64,000 nucleotides of DNA from Escherichia coli (GTDB lineage: Bacteria; Pseudomonadota; Gammaproteobacteria; Enterobacterales; Enterobacteriaceae). Below the pieces are notes generated by a model. The model had not been told where the DNA came from. It did no database searches and was given only the letters and a program-made list of their open reading frames with translations. Position 1 is the stretch's first letter; each line of letters opens with the position of its first letter. The translations under genes were made by a program, and so were the position numbers. Below are positions 12,269-31,731 of this stretch, one piece after another. Where the stretch lies: assembly GCF_003334385.1 (NCBI RefSeq), contig NZ_QOWN01000003.1. One strand, given 5' to 3'.

Positions 12269-12889
12269 TTATTCTCCACAGGCAGGAAGTTGAGAAAGTT
12301 GTGCCGGTAACGTCTGAGCGTACAATCCGGCGCGTTTTACCGCATTAACCACCGCGCGGGGAGTAATCGTCGCGCCGGTGAACTGGTCGAAATCACCACC
12401 ATCTTTCTTCACCGCCCAGTGCGCATCATCTGCACCACTGATTTTTTTACCCGCAAAATGGGTGATCCAGTCAGAAAGGCGCAGTTCGATTTTATCGCCA
12501 AGCCCTGGCGTTTCGTGGTGCTCTGTCACGCGCGTGCCAAGTACCGTGCCGTTAAAATCGGCTCCCACCAGCAGCTGAATCGCACCGGAATAGCCATCTG
12601 GCGCGGTTGCTTCCAGAACGGCGGCTACCGGTTTGTCATCCTGTTTGGCGATGTAAACCCGATGCTCACCTTTACCTAACTCTGGCGCAGTTACCAGATA
12701 GCAACTCTGTGCCAGCGCATTGTTATAGCGTTCGGCTGGCAGCACCTGATCAAATAACGCCTTTTGTTGCAGACTGGCCTGTTCAGCAATCGTCGTTTTG
12801 GTCATCTGGTTGATGGCCGCAGTTAACCCTGTTGAACCCGCTGCAAATAGCGCCAACGTAATGCCGTGTTTTCGGATAGTTTTCAGCAT
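12269..12889 (-). CDS. rsxG: Rsx/Rnf complex subunit G (FMN-binding)
   Basis: 206 aa [31 protein letters not shown]...; operon position. Confidence 0.9.
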   Translation of the reverse strand: MLKTIRKHGITLALFAAGSTGLTAAINQMTKTTIAEQASLQQKALFDQVLPAERYNNALAQSCYLVTAPELGKGEHRVYIAKQDDKPVAAVLEATAPDGYSGAIQLLVGADFNGTVLGTRVTEHHETPGLGDKIELRLSDWITHFAGKKISGADDAHWAVKKDGGDFDQFTGATITPRAVVNAVKRAGLYAQTLPAQLSQLPACGE

Positions 12890-12892
12890 GGT

Positions 12893-13951
12893 TTACCCTT
12901 TGCGATGGCCGTAGACGCGCGGACGCGTGTAGTAATCGATCAGAGGAACCGTGATGTTCGCCAGCAGGACGGCAAAAGCCACGCCGTCAGGATAGCCGCC
13001 GAAACTGCGGATCAACCAGACTAATAAGCCCGCAAGCGCGCCGAAAATAAGACGACCACGATTGGTCGTAGAAGCGGTAACCGGGTCAGTCAAAATAAAG
13101 AATGCGCCGAGCATGGTCGCTCCAGACAGCAGATGAATTTGCGGTGCTGCCAGTGTTTCTGGTGAGAACAACCAGCCCAACATTGCGCATAACGCCAGCG
13201 TTACTAAGAAGCTGAGGGGAATATGCCAGCGAATCGCTTTCTGCCATAGCAACCATACGCCGCCAGCCAGCCAGGCGAGATTTACCCATTGCCAACCAGC
13301 GCCCGCCAGAATACCGCTGTAGATCGGATATTGCATAATCTGTTCAACCGAATGACCGGCACGGACAGAGGTTTTAAATGTATCCAGCGGTGTCGCCTGA
13401 CTAATGCCATCAATACCTAAGCGTAGTGTGTTCATATCACCACCACTGGCGGTATGACCGCTAAAAATAACCTGGATGGCGTCGATAAAACCAGGGATGT
13501 TGACCGCAATTTCATGTGGCGGTAACCAGCTGGTCATCTGCACGGGGAAGGAGATCAGTAAGACCACATAACCAATCATTGCCGGATTAAACGGGTTTTG
13601 TCCCAGACCGCCATACAACTGTTTAGCGATGATCACCGCAAACACCGTACCCAGCACGACCATCCACCATGGCGCGAGGGGGGGAATACTTACCGCCAGC
13701 AATAAGCCTGTCAGCAATGCTGAGTTATCTTTCAACGTTGCGGCTACCGACTGCTTGCGTAGTTTGAGTACGAGAGCTTCGGCTAACAGAGCACTAACCG
13801 ATGCCAACAGGATCTGAACGAGAGTACCCCAACCAAAAAACCACAGTTGCGCTGCGATTCCTGGCACGGCTGCGAGCAACACCAACAGCATAATGCGCGA
13901 TGTCTGGCGCTGGTTATGGGTATAAGGGGAGCTAGCTATTCTGAATACCAT
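12893..13951 (-). CDS. rsxD: Rsx/Rnf complex subunit D
   Basis: 352 aa polytopic membrane protein; operon position. Confidence 0.9.
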   Translation of the reverse strand: MVFRIASSPYTHNQRQTSRIMLLVLLAAVPGIAAQLWFFGWGTLVQILLASVSALLAEALVLKLRKQSVAATLKDNSALLTGLLLAVSIPPLAPWWMVVLGTVFAVIIAKQLYGGLGQNPFNPAMIGYVVLLISFPVQMTSWLPPHEIAVNIPGFIDAIQVIFSGHTASGGDMNTLRLGIDGISQATPLDTFKTSVRAGHSVEQIMQYPIYSGILAGAGWQWVNLAWLAGGVWLLWQKAIRWHIPLSFLVTLALCAMLGWLFSPETLAAPQIHLLSGATMLGAFFILTDPVTASTTNRGRLIFGALAGLLVWLIRSFGGYPDGVAFAVLLANITVPLIDYYTRPRVYGHRKG

Positions 13952-16744
<2,793 letters not shown>

Positions 16745-16745
<1 letters not shown>

Positions 16746-17326
16746 TACAACTTCACCAAACCACTAAAGCCCATAAAGGCCAGAGACATAAGACCTGCGG
16801 TAATTAACGCAATGGCATTACCGCGAAAAGGTGCCGGGACATCAGCCACAGCAAGGCGTTCGCGGATGGCGGCGAAGAGCACCATCACCAGCGAGAAACC
16901 GACAGCGGCGGAAAAACCGTACAGCGCCGACTGCAAGAAATTGTGCCCGAGATTGATATTCAGCAACGCCACGCCGAGCACTGCACAGTTGGTGGTGATA
17001 AGCGGCAAAAAAATCCCCAGCAGACGGTAAAGCACCGGGCTGGTTTTGCGCACCACCATCTCGGTGAACTGCACGACCACAGCAATCACCAGAATAAATG
17101 CCAGGGTGCGCAGGTAAATCAGATTAAGTGGGATCAAAATCCACGTATCGATAAGCCAGGCGCAAATAGACGCTAGCGTCATCACAAACGTTGTTGCCAG
17201 CCCCATGCCCATCGCGGTTTCCAGTTTTTTGGAAACCCCCATAAACGGACAGAGACCGAGAAACTTGACCAGTACAAAGTTATTGACCAGTACAGTTCCG
17301 ACAAACAGTAACAGGTAGTCAGTCAT
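16745..17326 (-). CDS. rsxA: Rsx/Rnf complex subunit A
   Basis: 193 aa polytopic membrane protein [31 protein letters not shown]... Confidence 0.9.
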
Positions 17327-17402
17327 TTTTCGGCCTGAAATAAAAAAGCCGCCTATTATCCGTTAATCCAGAGCAGGCGACAACAGGTTAACTGTAAGGT
17401 TA

Positions 17403-17843
17403 TTACGGATTCACAAACGTCGCTTTTACCCGCGACGAGCGTTTGAAATAGGGGACGATCAATGCGGTTGCCAACAAAGTAAACAGCAACTGGCGAACGG
17501 CTATGCCATCTTCCACGGGTGAAAAAGCGAATGCTTTTACTGCCAGCAATACGGAAATAAGCAGCCAGATAATATAGTGTTTAGGAACACAACGCCGACG
17601 TTTAAAGAAAGCGATGGTCAACCACAGTGTGTAATACCACAAGGCGATAGCGGTAATAAAAGAAACGCCCCATAAGATTTGTGTCGTCAGTGCTTGTCCG
17701 CCGAGCGTTTGAAATGTTTGCGGAGAAGATAACGCAGCGGTATACAGCAACAACGCCAGCGTCGTACTCAACAGAGCGACTAAAAGCCAGGCCAACGGGC
17801 CAAGCAACCAGCCTCCAATACGTTGTGGCGTTGTGGTGGTCAT
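17403..17843 (-). CDS. ydgK: Inner membrane protein YdgK
   Basis: ORF 17403..17867; start at MTTTTPQRIGGWLLGP gives 146 aa as in K-12. Confidence 0.8.
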   Translation of the reverse strand: MTTTTPQRIGGWLLGPLAWLLVALLSTTLALLLYTAALSSPQTFQTLGGQALTTQILWGVSFITAIALWYYTLWLTIAFFKRRRCVPKHYIIWLLISVLLAVKAFAFSPVEDGIAVRQLLFTLLATALIVPYFKRSSRVKATFVNP

Positions 17844-17928
17844 AGGTTCTCCAGAATAGCGACGCAAACAGGCAAATCTAATTTTAGGGGCGTTATTATA
17901 AGGCTTTTATAACCGATCGCTACTTTCT

Positions 17929-18144
17929 TTATTGGACATAGTGCCAGACGGACTTCGGTACCTGGCCGAGGTCAAACAAACGCCCGCCAGAAACCAGCTC
18001 TGCGCGACGGTGATCGGCAGCACGATACATATTGATCAGTTCCTGATCGTCCGTCAGGGTGTAATTAAGATGGTCGTAGAGTTTTTCCAGACTTTCGAGT
18101 GAACTGATTTTGCGAAATTTTAATAAGTAGTCCTGAACAGTCAT
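17929..18144 (-). CDS. cnu: Hha-family nucleoid-associated modulator Cnu (YdgT)
   Basis: 71 aa [50 protein letters not shown]...; matches Cnu. Confidence 0.9.
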
Positions 18145-18416
18145 AAAAGGTCCATAAAATAATTAATACCAAAGGGGTAGGTATTATTAGTGATGATAAA
18201 ATTTCACCAAAAGTGAACGCTTGTGTTATTACAATAATAAGAATGCGCTGATGGCAAATATTCAGGGATGAAAAACTGCTCTGAAAAGAGTAACGCGCTT
18301 TACTATCCCTGACAATCACCAACAACATCGAACAAGATAATAAATTCCTGGTTTAATATCCGACAAGTGAAAACATGCACCCGGACGGGCAGCATGTCGC
18401 TCCACAAGTGCAGAGC

Positions 18417-18542
18417 TTACTTGTGTTGTACCGAAGCACTCTGTTCAGGTGGCTGATAGTTGTCAATGTGACTCGCCACGCCAAGAAGAATGACTGAAAC
18501 GACAAGAACGATCCAACCTGTTAATTCAATAAGACGATTCAT
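18417..18542 (-). CDS. blr: Small divisome-associated membrane protein Blr (41 aa)
   Basis: Internal Met of ORF 18417..18617 gives MNRLIELTGWIVLVVSVILLGVASHIDNYQPPEQSASVQHK (41 aa), matching Blr. Confidence 0.8.
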   Translation of the reverse strand: MNRLIELTGWIVLVVSVILLGVASHIDNYQPPEQSASVQHK

Positions 18543-18784
18543 TACAGCCCACATCTCTCTTGATTGATCCATTAACTTCAGGGGGTAAATGTTACTTAGC
18601 AATAATAGCTCCAGCAAGATTTTTACTGAGGTTTTTGCGATATTTAGCTTTTGTCGTTGGAAAATTCGCTATTTTTTTGACTTAAGTTAAACAACATCCC
18701 TTATTGCTGGCAGGTTATTAAACTGTTGAGCGTGGGTAAAGGATAGTGTCAAATAGCCATCATACTTCAATGAGAGGCAATGAC

Positions 18785-19825
18785 ATGAGCGACAACATCC
18801 GTGTTGGGTTGATTGGGTATGGTTATGCGAGCAAAACCTTCCATGCGCCCCTGATTGCGGGCACGCCCGGGCTGGAACTGGCGGTAATCTCCAGCAGTGA
18901 TGAAACAAAAGTAAAAGCCGACTGGCCAACGGTTACGGTTGTCTCTGAGCCGAAGCATCTGTTTAACGATCCCAACATAGACCTGATTGTCATTCCTACA
19001 CCCAACGATACCCATTTCCCGTTAGCCAAAGCGGCGCTTGAGGCGGGTAAACATGTGGTCGTTGATAAACCCTTTACCGTGACACTGTCACAAGCGCGAG
19101 AGCTGGATGCGCTGGCAAAAAGCCTGGGGCGTGTGCTGTCTGTATTCCATAACCGTCGCTGGGATAGCGATTTCTTGACGCTAAAAGGTTTACTCGCGGA
19201 AGGCGTGCTGGGTGAAGTTGCTTACTTTGAGTCTCATTTTGACCGCTTCCGTCCGCAGGTGCGCGATCGTTGGCGTGAACAGGGCGGCCCAGGCAGCGGT
19301 ATCTGGTACGATTTAGCACCACATCTTCTTGATCAGGCCATTACGCTTTTTGGTTTACCGGTCAGCATGACGGTAGATTTGGCACAGTTACGGCCCGGAG
19401 CGCAGTCGACCGATTATTTCCACGCCATCTTGTCCTATCCACAGCGGCGAGTCATTTTACACGGTACCATGCTGGCAGCCGCTGAGTCAGCACGGTATAT
19501 CGTGCATGGATCCCGAGGCAGTTATGTGAAATATGGCCTCGATCCACAGGAAGAACGTCTGAAAAATGGCGAGCGTCTACCGCAGGAAGACTGGGGCTAC
19601 GATATGCGTGATGGCGTACTTACCCGCGTGGAAGGTGAGGAACGTGTCGAAGAAACGCTGTTGACGGTGCCTGGGAATTATCCGGCTTACTATGCGGCTA
19701 TTCGTGATGCGTTAAATGGCGATGGTGAAAATCCGGTTCCGGCAAGCCAGGCAATCCAGGTAATGGAGTTGATTGAGCTGGGCATCGAATCCGCCAAACA
19801 TCGCGCGACTTTGTGCCTTGCATGA
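18785..19825 (+). CDS. ydgJ: Gfo/Idh/MocA-family oxidoreductase YdgJ
   Basis: ORF 18746..19825; start at MSDNIRVGLIGYGYASKTFHAPLIAG gives 346 aa as in K-12. Confidence 0.85.
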   Translation: MSDNIRVGLIGYGYASKTFHAPLIAGTPGLELAVISSSDETKVKADWPTVTVVSEPKHLFNDPNIDLIVIPTPNDTHFPLAKAALEAGKHVVVDKPFTVTLSQARELDALAKSLGRVLSVFHNRRWDSDFLTLKGLLAEGVLGEVAYFESHFDRFRPQVRDRWREQGGPGSGIWYDLAPHLLDQAITLFGLPVSMTVDLAQLRPGAQSTDYFHAILSYPQRRVILHGTMLAAAESARYIVHGSRGSYVKYGLDPQEERLKNGERLPQEDWGYDMRDGVLTRVEGEERVEETLLTVPGNYPAYYAAIRDALNGDGENPVPASQAIQVMELIELGIESAKHRATLCLA

Positions 19826-19858
19826 AAAATGGATGGTGCATTTGCACCATCCATTTTG

Positions 19859-20860
19859 TTACTTCGCGGCGACTTTTTCTCGCAGTGCGCGTTTTTCCTC
19901 AGCGCTGAGGAAAGCCATTTCCAGACCATTAATCTGTGCCTGGCGGATTTGCTCGCGGGATAACCCAGCAGCTGGCGCGGCAACGGTATATTCGTGAATG
20001 ATATCCACTCCCTGTACGCCGGGATCGTCAGTGTTAATGCTGGCACGAATGCCATGCTCAAGGAACGTTTTCAGCGGATGTGCAGCCAGCTCTGCTACGG
20101 TGCTGGTCTGAATATTGGAGGTCAGACAGGATTCAATACCAATTTGTTGCTCGGCGAGAAAATCCATCAGCGCCCGATCTTCAATGGCTTTTACGCCATG
20201 TCCAATACGCTCCGCACCCAGTTCACGAATCGCCTGCCAGATGCTTTCCGGCCCGGCAGCTTCGCCTGCATGGACGGTAATATGCCAGCCCGCATCACGC
20301 GCGCGGTTGAAGTGAGAAAGGAACAGACTTCCCGGGAAACCAAGTTCATCACCGGCTAAATCAAGTGCGGTAATCTGGTCACGGTGGGCTAAAAAGGCCT
20401 CCAGCTCTTGCTGACAGGCGGCTTCGCCGAAGGTCCGGCTCATAATGCCGATAAGCTTCGCCTGCACACCAAAGGTGCGGCAACCTTCACGTACGCCATC
20501 GATCACCGCTTCGACAACACCCGCTACAGGCAGCTGATGTGCCATTGCCATGTAGCCTGGTGAAAAACGCAGCTCGACATAGTGCAGGCCGTGACGGGCT
20601 GCATCTTCAATGTTTTCAAATGCCACGCGGCGACAGGCATCAAGAGAGGCGAGAACTTTAACGCCCCAGTCAAGTTTGGTCAGAAAGCTCACCAGATCGG
20701 GTTCGTTGGCAATGACCTGAACGTGGGGAATCAGTGTTTCCAGGGATTGTGCAGGAAGCGAGATATTATACTGGCGGCCAAGTTCAAGAATGGTCTGGGG
20801 ACGAATGTTGCCATCAAGGTGGCGATGGATATCAGTTAATGGCAGGGTGGTATCAATCAT
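19859..20860 (-). CDS. add: Adenosine deaminase
   Basis: 333 aa [37 protein letters not shown]...; matches Add. Confidence 0.92.
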
Positions 20861-20929
20861 GGTCGCACTCTTTTTCTGGATATAAAAGTGCGCACCATTA
20901 TAAAAACAAAGCAGGGTAAAAATCCACGA

Positions 20930-20957
20930 TTGCGCAACGATTTTTTACGTTGCGCAA
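20930..20957 (-). terminator. Perfect 10-bp inverted repeat (TTGCGCAACG-N8-CGTTGCGCAA) just past the malY stop; probable malXY terminator or operator
   Basis: Perfect palindromic arms read directly, 7 nt downstream of the malY stop on the minus strand; a U-run follows after a short gap. Confidence 0.45.
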
Positions 20958-20963
20958 TTGGGG

Positions 20964-22136
20964 TTAACGAACAGCGCGGATGGCGTTAATTAATCCAGCC
21001 ACACCTTTTTCCAGTTTCGAACGTGGGCAGCCGGCATTGAGACGGACAAAACCACGACCTTCTTCACCGTAGGTATACCCCGGCATGATCGCGACTTTTT
21101 CTTGTTCGATAAGTGCTTTTTGCAACGCGTTGTCGTCAATATTCAACGGACGTAAATCAAGCCATGCCAGATAAGTGGATTGTGGGATCTGCCAGTTGAG
21201 TTCAGGAAACGCGGCGTTCATTTTATCTGCGATATACGTCAGGTTATCTTTCAGATAGATGCGTAAGGCATCCAGCCACGGCGCGCCTTGCTGATAGGCG
21301 GCGATATGGGCAGTTAACGCCAGTACCGAAGGGGAAGAAAGCCCATCACGGCCTTTCAGTGCCGATAAATAGGCATCGCGGCTACTGCTATTTTCTATAA
21401 TCCCGTAAGCACCGGTCAGGGCGGGAATATTGAAACTTTTCGAGCCCGACGTTAGCAACGCCCAGTCTCCGCGAGCCACATTACTCCAGGGAATATGCGG
21501 CTGCTCGCCCCAAACCATATCCATATGGATTTCATCGGAAATAACCCGCACACCATGACGCTCGCACAGGTCAGCCATGATCTCCAGCTCATCGCACGTC
21601 CACACTTTCCCGGTAGGATTCTGTGGGCTACACAGGAGCATAATTTTACATTCTGGTTTCGCCAACACGGCTTCCAACTTGCCCATATCGCAAAACCAAC
21701 CATCAGCCTGCTTCTCTAAAGCAACGGGCATTACTGTGCGCTGGTTACCTTCAATGGCCTTGTAAAATGCGTCATAGGCGGGTGTGTGGATCACCACGCC
21801 TTCACCTGTTTCAGACCACTGACGAATCAGTTCTGAAACCATATAGATGACAGAAGGGCCATACACCACCGTCTGAGAATCGATGGCGGTGTAATGCTGG
21901 GTGGAAAACCAGTGGGCAATAGCCGCGAGAAACTCATCGTTTTTCCAGCGGCTGTAGCCAAATACGCCGTGCATCAGGCGCTGATTCAGCGCCTCGATAA
22001 TGCAGGGGGCAGTGGCAAAATCCATGTCTGAAATCGTGAACGGTAACAGGTCAGCAGTGCCGAAACGGTCAGCGACATAATCCCACTGTGTACACCATGT
22101 GCCATGACGATCCACGACCTTTGAAAAATCGAACAT
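20964..22136 (-). CDS. malY: PLP-dependent cystathionine beta-lyase / MalT-interacting modulator MalY
   Basis: 390 aa MFDFSKVVDRHGTWCTQWDYVADRFGTADLLPFTISDMDF...; matches MalY. Confidence 0.92.
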   Translation of the reverse strand: MFDFSKVVDRHGTWCTQWDYVADRFGTADLLPFTISDMDFATAPCIIEALNQRLMHGVFGYSRWKNDEFLAAIAHWFSTQHYTAIDSQTVVYGPSVIYMVSELIRQWSETGEGVVIHTPAYDAFYKAIEGNQRTVMPVALEKQADGWFCDMGKLEAVLAKPECKIMLLCSPQNPTGKVWTCDELEIMADLCERHGVRVISDEIHMDMVWGEQPHIPWSNVARGDWALLTSGSKSFNIPALTGAYGIIENSSSRDAYLSALKGRDGLSSPSVLALTAHIAAYQQGAPWLDALRIYLKDNLTYIADKMNAAFPELNWQIPQSTYLAWLDLRPLNIDDNALQKALIEQEKVAIMPGYTYGEEGRGFVRLNAGCPRSKLEKGVAGLINAIRAVR

Positions 22137-22145
22137 ATCTTATCC

Positions 22146-24941
<2,796 letters not shown>

Positions 24942-25052
24942 TCCTCTCTTTATCTGCTATACCTGGTAGTGTCCTTTCCTCAAGGTTAATGATAAAAAAT
25001 GTGGCACACAGGCGGTGCCTTTTATTTTTACTGAAGTTCACAGGAGGTTTAT

Positions 25053-25820
25053 GTGTTTAATTCTGACAACCTGAGACTCGACGGAAAATGCGCCATCATC
25101 ACAGGTGCGGGTGCAGGTATTGGTAAAGAAATCGCCATTACATTCGCGACAGCTGGCGCATCTGTGGTGGTCAGTGATATTAACGCCGACGCAGCTAACC
25201 ATGTTGTAGACGAAATTCAACAACTGGGTGGTCAGGCATTTGCCTGCCGTTGTGATATTACTTCCGAACAGGAACTCTCTGCACTGGCAGACTTTGCTAT
25301 CAGTAAGCTGGGTAAAGTTGATATTCTGGTTAACAACGCCGGTGGCGGTGGACCTAAACCGTTTGATATGCCAATGGCGGATTTTCGCCGTGCTTATGAA
25401 CTGAATGTGTTTTCTTTTTTCCATCTGTCACAACTTGTTGCGCCAGAAATGGAAAAAAATGGCGGTGGCGTTATTCTGACCATCACTTCTATGGCGGCAG
25501 AAAATAAAAATATAAACATGACTTCCTATGCATCATCTAAAGCTGCGGCCAGTCATCTGGTCAGAAATATGGCGTTTGACCTGGGTGAAAAAAATATTCG
25601 GGTAAATGGCATTGCGCCGGGGGCAATATTAACCGATGCCCTGAAATCCGTTATTACACCAGAAATTGAACAAAAAATGTTACAGCACACGCCGATCAGA
25701 CGTCTGGGCCAACCGCAAGATATTGCTAACGCAGCGCTGTTCCTTTGCTCGCCTGCTGCGAGCTGGGTAAGCGGACAAATTCTCACCGTCTCCGGTGGTG
25801 GGGTACAGGAGCTCAATTAA
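25053..25820 (+). CDS. hdhA: 7-alpha-hydroxysteroid dehydrogenase (SDR family), GTG start
   Basis: 255 aa (M)FNSDNLRLDGKCAIITGAGAGIGKEIAITFA... with Rossmann GxGxxG and YxxxK motif; matches HdhA. Confidence 0.9.
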   Translation: MFNSDNLRLDGKCAIITGAGAGIGKEIAITFATAGASVVVSDINADAANHVVDEIQQLGGQAFACRCDITSEQELSALADFAISKLGKVDILVNNAGGGGPKPFDMPMADFRRAYELNVFSFFHLSQLVAPEMEKNGGGVILTITSMAAENKNINMTSYASSKAAASHLVRNMAFDLGEKNIRVNGIAPGAILTDALKSVITPEIEQKMLQHTPIRRLGQPQDIANAALFLCSPAASWVSGQILTVSGGGVQELN

Positions 25821-25913
25821 TACACTAACGGACCGGTAAACAACCGTGCGTGTTGTTTACCGGGATAAACTCATCAACGTCTCTGCTAAATAACTGGCAG
25901 CCAAATCACGGCT

Positions 25914-25927
25914 ATTGGTTAACCAAT
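25914..25927. promoter_or_regulatory. Perfect 14-bp palindrome ATTGGTTAACCAAT upstream of uidR (UxuR/ExuR/UidR-type operator candidate)
   Basis: Palindrome read directly; resembles the TTGGT-N-ACCAA core of hexuronate-regulon operators as I recall it. Confidence 0.5.
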
Positions 25928-26040
25928 TTCAGAGTGAAAAGTATACGAATAGAGTGTGCCTTCGCACTATTCAACAGCAATGATAGGCGCTCACCTGACA
26001 ACGCGGTAAACTAGTTATTCACGCTAACTATAATGGTTTA

Positions 26041-26631
26041 ATGATGGATAACATGCAGACTGAAGCACAACCGACACGGACCCGGATCCTCAATGCTGCC
26101 AGAGAGATTTTTTCAGAAAATGGATTTCACAGTGCCTCGATGAAAGCCATCTGTAAATCTTGCGCCATTAGTCCCGGGACGCTCTATCACCATTTCATCT
26201 CCAAAGAAGCCTTGATTCAGGCGATTATCTTACAGGACCAGGAGAGGGCGCTGGCCCGTTTCCGGGAACCGATTGAAGGGATTCATTTCGTTGACTATAT
26301 GGTCGAGTCCATTGTCTCTCTCACCCATGAAGCCTTTGGACAACGGGCGCTGGTGGTTGAAATTATGGCGGAAGGGATGCGTAACCCACAGGTCGCCGCC
26401 ATGCTTAAAAATAAGCATATGACGATCACGGAATTTGTTGCCCAGCGGATGCGTGATGCCCAGCAAAAAGGCGAGATAAGCCCAGACATCAACACGGCAA
26501 TGACTTCACGTTTACTGCTGGATCTGACCTACGGTGTACTGGCCGATATCGAAGCGGAAGACCTGGCGCGTGAAGCGTCGTTTGCTCAGGGATTACGCGC
26601 GATGATTGGCGGTATCTTAACCGCATCCTGA
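26041..26631 (+). CDS. uidR: TetR-family repressor of the glucuronide operon
   Basis: 196 aa MMDNMQTEAQPTRTRILNAAREIFSENGFHSASMKAICKSCAISPGTLYHHF...; matches UidR (GusR). Confidence 0.9.
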   Translation: MMDNMQTEAQPTRTRILNAAREIFSENGFHSASMKAICKSCAISPGTLYHHFISKEALIQAIILQDQERALARFREPIEGIHFVDYMVESIVSLTHEAFGQRALVVEIMAEGMRNPQVAAMLKNKHMTITEFVAQRMRDAQQKGEISPDINTAMTSRLLLDLTYGVLADIEAEDLAREASFAQGLRAMIGGILTAS

Positions 26632-26960
26632 TTCTCTCTCTTTTTCGGCGGGCTGGTGATAACTGTGCCCGCGTTTCATATCGTAATTTCTCTGTGCAAA
26701 AATTATCCTTCCCGGCTTCGGAGAATTCCCCCCAAAATATTCACTGTAGCCATATGTCATGAGAGTTTATCGTTCCCAATACGCTCGAACGAACGTTCGG
26801 TTGCTTATTTTATGGCTTCTGTCAACGCTGTTTTAAAGATTAATGCGATCTATATCACGCTGTGGGTATTGCAGTTTTTGGTTTTTTGATCGCGGTGTCA
26901 GTTCTTTTTATTTCCATTTCTCTTCCATGGGTTTCTCACAGATAACTGTGTGCAACACAG

Positions 26961-30202
<3,242 letters not shown>

Positions 30203-30240
30203 TATTCAATAAAAATAATCAGAACATCAAAGGTGCAACT

Positions 30241-31506
30241 ATGAGAAAAATAGTGGCCATGGCCGTTATTTGCCTGACGGCTGCCTCTGGCCTTACCTCT
30301 GCTTATGCGGCGCAACTGGCTGACGATGAAGCGGGACTACGCATCAGACTGAAAAACGAATTGCGCAGGGCGGATAAGCCCAGTGCTGGCGCGGGAAGAG
30401 ATATTTACGCATGGGTACAGGGAGGATTGCTCGATTTCAATAGTGGTTATTATTCCAATATTATTGGCGTTGAAGGCGGGGCGTATTATGTTTATAAATT
30501 AGGTGCTCGTGCTGATATGAGTACCCGGTGGTATCTTGATGGTGATAAAAGTTTTGGCTTTGCCCTGGGGGCAGTAAAAATAAAACCCAGTGAAAATAGC
30601 CTGCTTAAATTAGGTCGCTTCGGGACGGATTATAGTTATGGTAGCTTACCTTATCGTATTCCGTTAATGGCTGGCAGTTCGCAACGTACATTACCGACAG
30701 TTTCTGAAGGAGCATTAGGTTATTGGGCTTTAACACCAAATATTGATCTGTGGGGAATGTGGCGTTCACGAGTATTTTTATGGACTGATTCAACAACCGG
30801 TATTCGTGATGAAGGGGTGTATAACAGCCAGACGGGAAAATACGATAAACATCGCGCACGTTCTTTTTTAGCCGCCAGTTGGCATGATGATACCAGTCGC
30901 TATTCTCTGGGGGCATCGGTACAGAAAGATGTTTCCAATCAGATACAAAGTATTCTCGAGAAAAGCATACCGCTCGACCCGAATTATACGTTGAAAGGGG
31001 AGTTGCTCGGCTTTTACGCGCAGCTCGAAGGTTTAAGTCGTAATACCAGCCAGCCCAATGAAACGGCGTTGGTTAGTGGACAATTGACCTGGAATGCGCC
31101 GTGGGGAAGTGTATTTGGCAGTGGTGGTTATTTGCGCCATGCAATGAATGGTGCCGTGGTGGATACCGACATTGGCTATCCCTTTTCATTAAGTCTTGAT
31201 CGTAACCGTGAAGGAATGCAGTCCTGGCAATTGGGCGTCAACTATCGTTTAACGCCGCAATTTACGCTGACATTTGCACCGATTGTGACTCGCGGCTATG
31301 AATCCAGTAAACGAGATGTGCGGATTGAAGGCACGGGTATCTTAGGTGGTATGAACTATCGGGTCAGCGAAGGGCCGTTACAAGGGATGAATTTCTTTCT
31401 TGCTGCCGATAAAGGGCGGGAAAAGCGCGATGGCAGTACGCTGGGCGATCGCCTGAATTACTGGGATGTGAAAATGAGTATTCAGTATGACTTTATGCTG
31501 AAGTAA
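30241..31506 (+). CDS. uidC: Outer-membrane glucuronide porin UidC
   Basis: 421 aa with signal peptide MRKIVAMAVICLTAASGLTSAYAAQ; C-terminal ...YDFMLK. Confidence 0.88.
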   Translation: MRKIVAMAVICLTAASGLTSAYAAQLADDEAGLRIRLKNELRRADKPSAGAGRDIYAWVQGGLLDFNSGYYSNIIGVEGGAYYVYKLGARADMSTRWYLDGDKSFGFALGAVKIKPSENSLLKLGRFGTDYSYGSLPYRIPLMAGSSQRTLPTVSEGALGYWALTPNIDLWGMWRSRVFLWTDSTTGIRDEGVYNSQTGKYDKHRARSFLAASWHDDTSRYSLGASVQKDVSNQIQSILEKSIPLDPNYTLKGELLGFYAQLEGLSRNTSQPNETALVSGQLTWNAPWGSVFGSGGYLRHAMNGAVVDTDIGYPFSLSLDRNREGMQSWQLGVNYRLTPQFTLTFAPIVTRGYESSKRDVRIEGTGILGGMNYRVSEGPLQGMNFFLAADKGREKRDGSTLGDRLNYWDVKMSIQYDFMLK

Positions 31507-31513
31507 AAAATAA

Positions 31514-31540
31514 CGCCGGAGAGAAAAATCTCCGGCGTTT
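31514..31540 (+). terminator. Hairpin after uidC (CGCCGGAGA-gaaaaa-TCTCCGGCG then TTT)
   Basis: Read directly; short U tract. Confidence 0.5.
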
Positions 31541-31570
31541 CAGATTGTTGACAAAGTGCGCGTTTTTTAT

Positions 31571-31604
31571 GCCGGATGCGGCGTAAACGCCTTATCCAGC
31601 CTAC
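31571..31604. repeat. REP (repetitive extragenic palindromic) element
   Basis: GCCGGATGCGGCGTAAACGCCTTATCCAGCCTAC matches the E. coli REP/PU consensus. Confidence 0.8.
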
Positions 31605-31637
31605 AAAAACTCATAAATTCAAAGTGTTGCAGGAAAA

Positions 31638-31668
31638 GGTAGGCCTGATAAGCGTAGCGCATCAGGCA
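31638..31668. repeat. REP element in opposite orientation (forms a BIME with 31571..31604)
   Basis: GGTAGGCCTGATAAGCGTAGCGCATCAGGCA, REP-like. Confidence 0.75.
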
Positions 31669-31694
31669 ATCTCTGGTTTGTTTTCAGATGAAAA

Positions 31695-31724
31695 CGCCGG
31701 AGTGAAAATTCTCCGGCGTTTTGG
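31695..31724 (-). terminator. Bidirectional hairpin terminator after ydgA
   Basis: CGCCGGAG-tgaaaatt-CTCCGGCG flanked by AAAA and TTTT. Confidence 0.65.
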
Positions 31725-31731
31725 CCGTGAA

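Noticed and set aside
26656-26889. 77-aa ORF in the uidR-uidA intergenic region
   Set aside because: Lies in the uidA promoter/operator region; odd composition and no ribosome-binding site.
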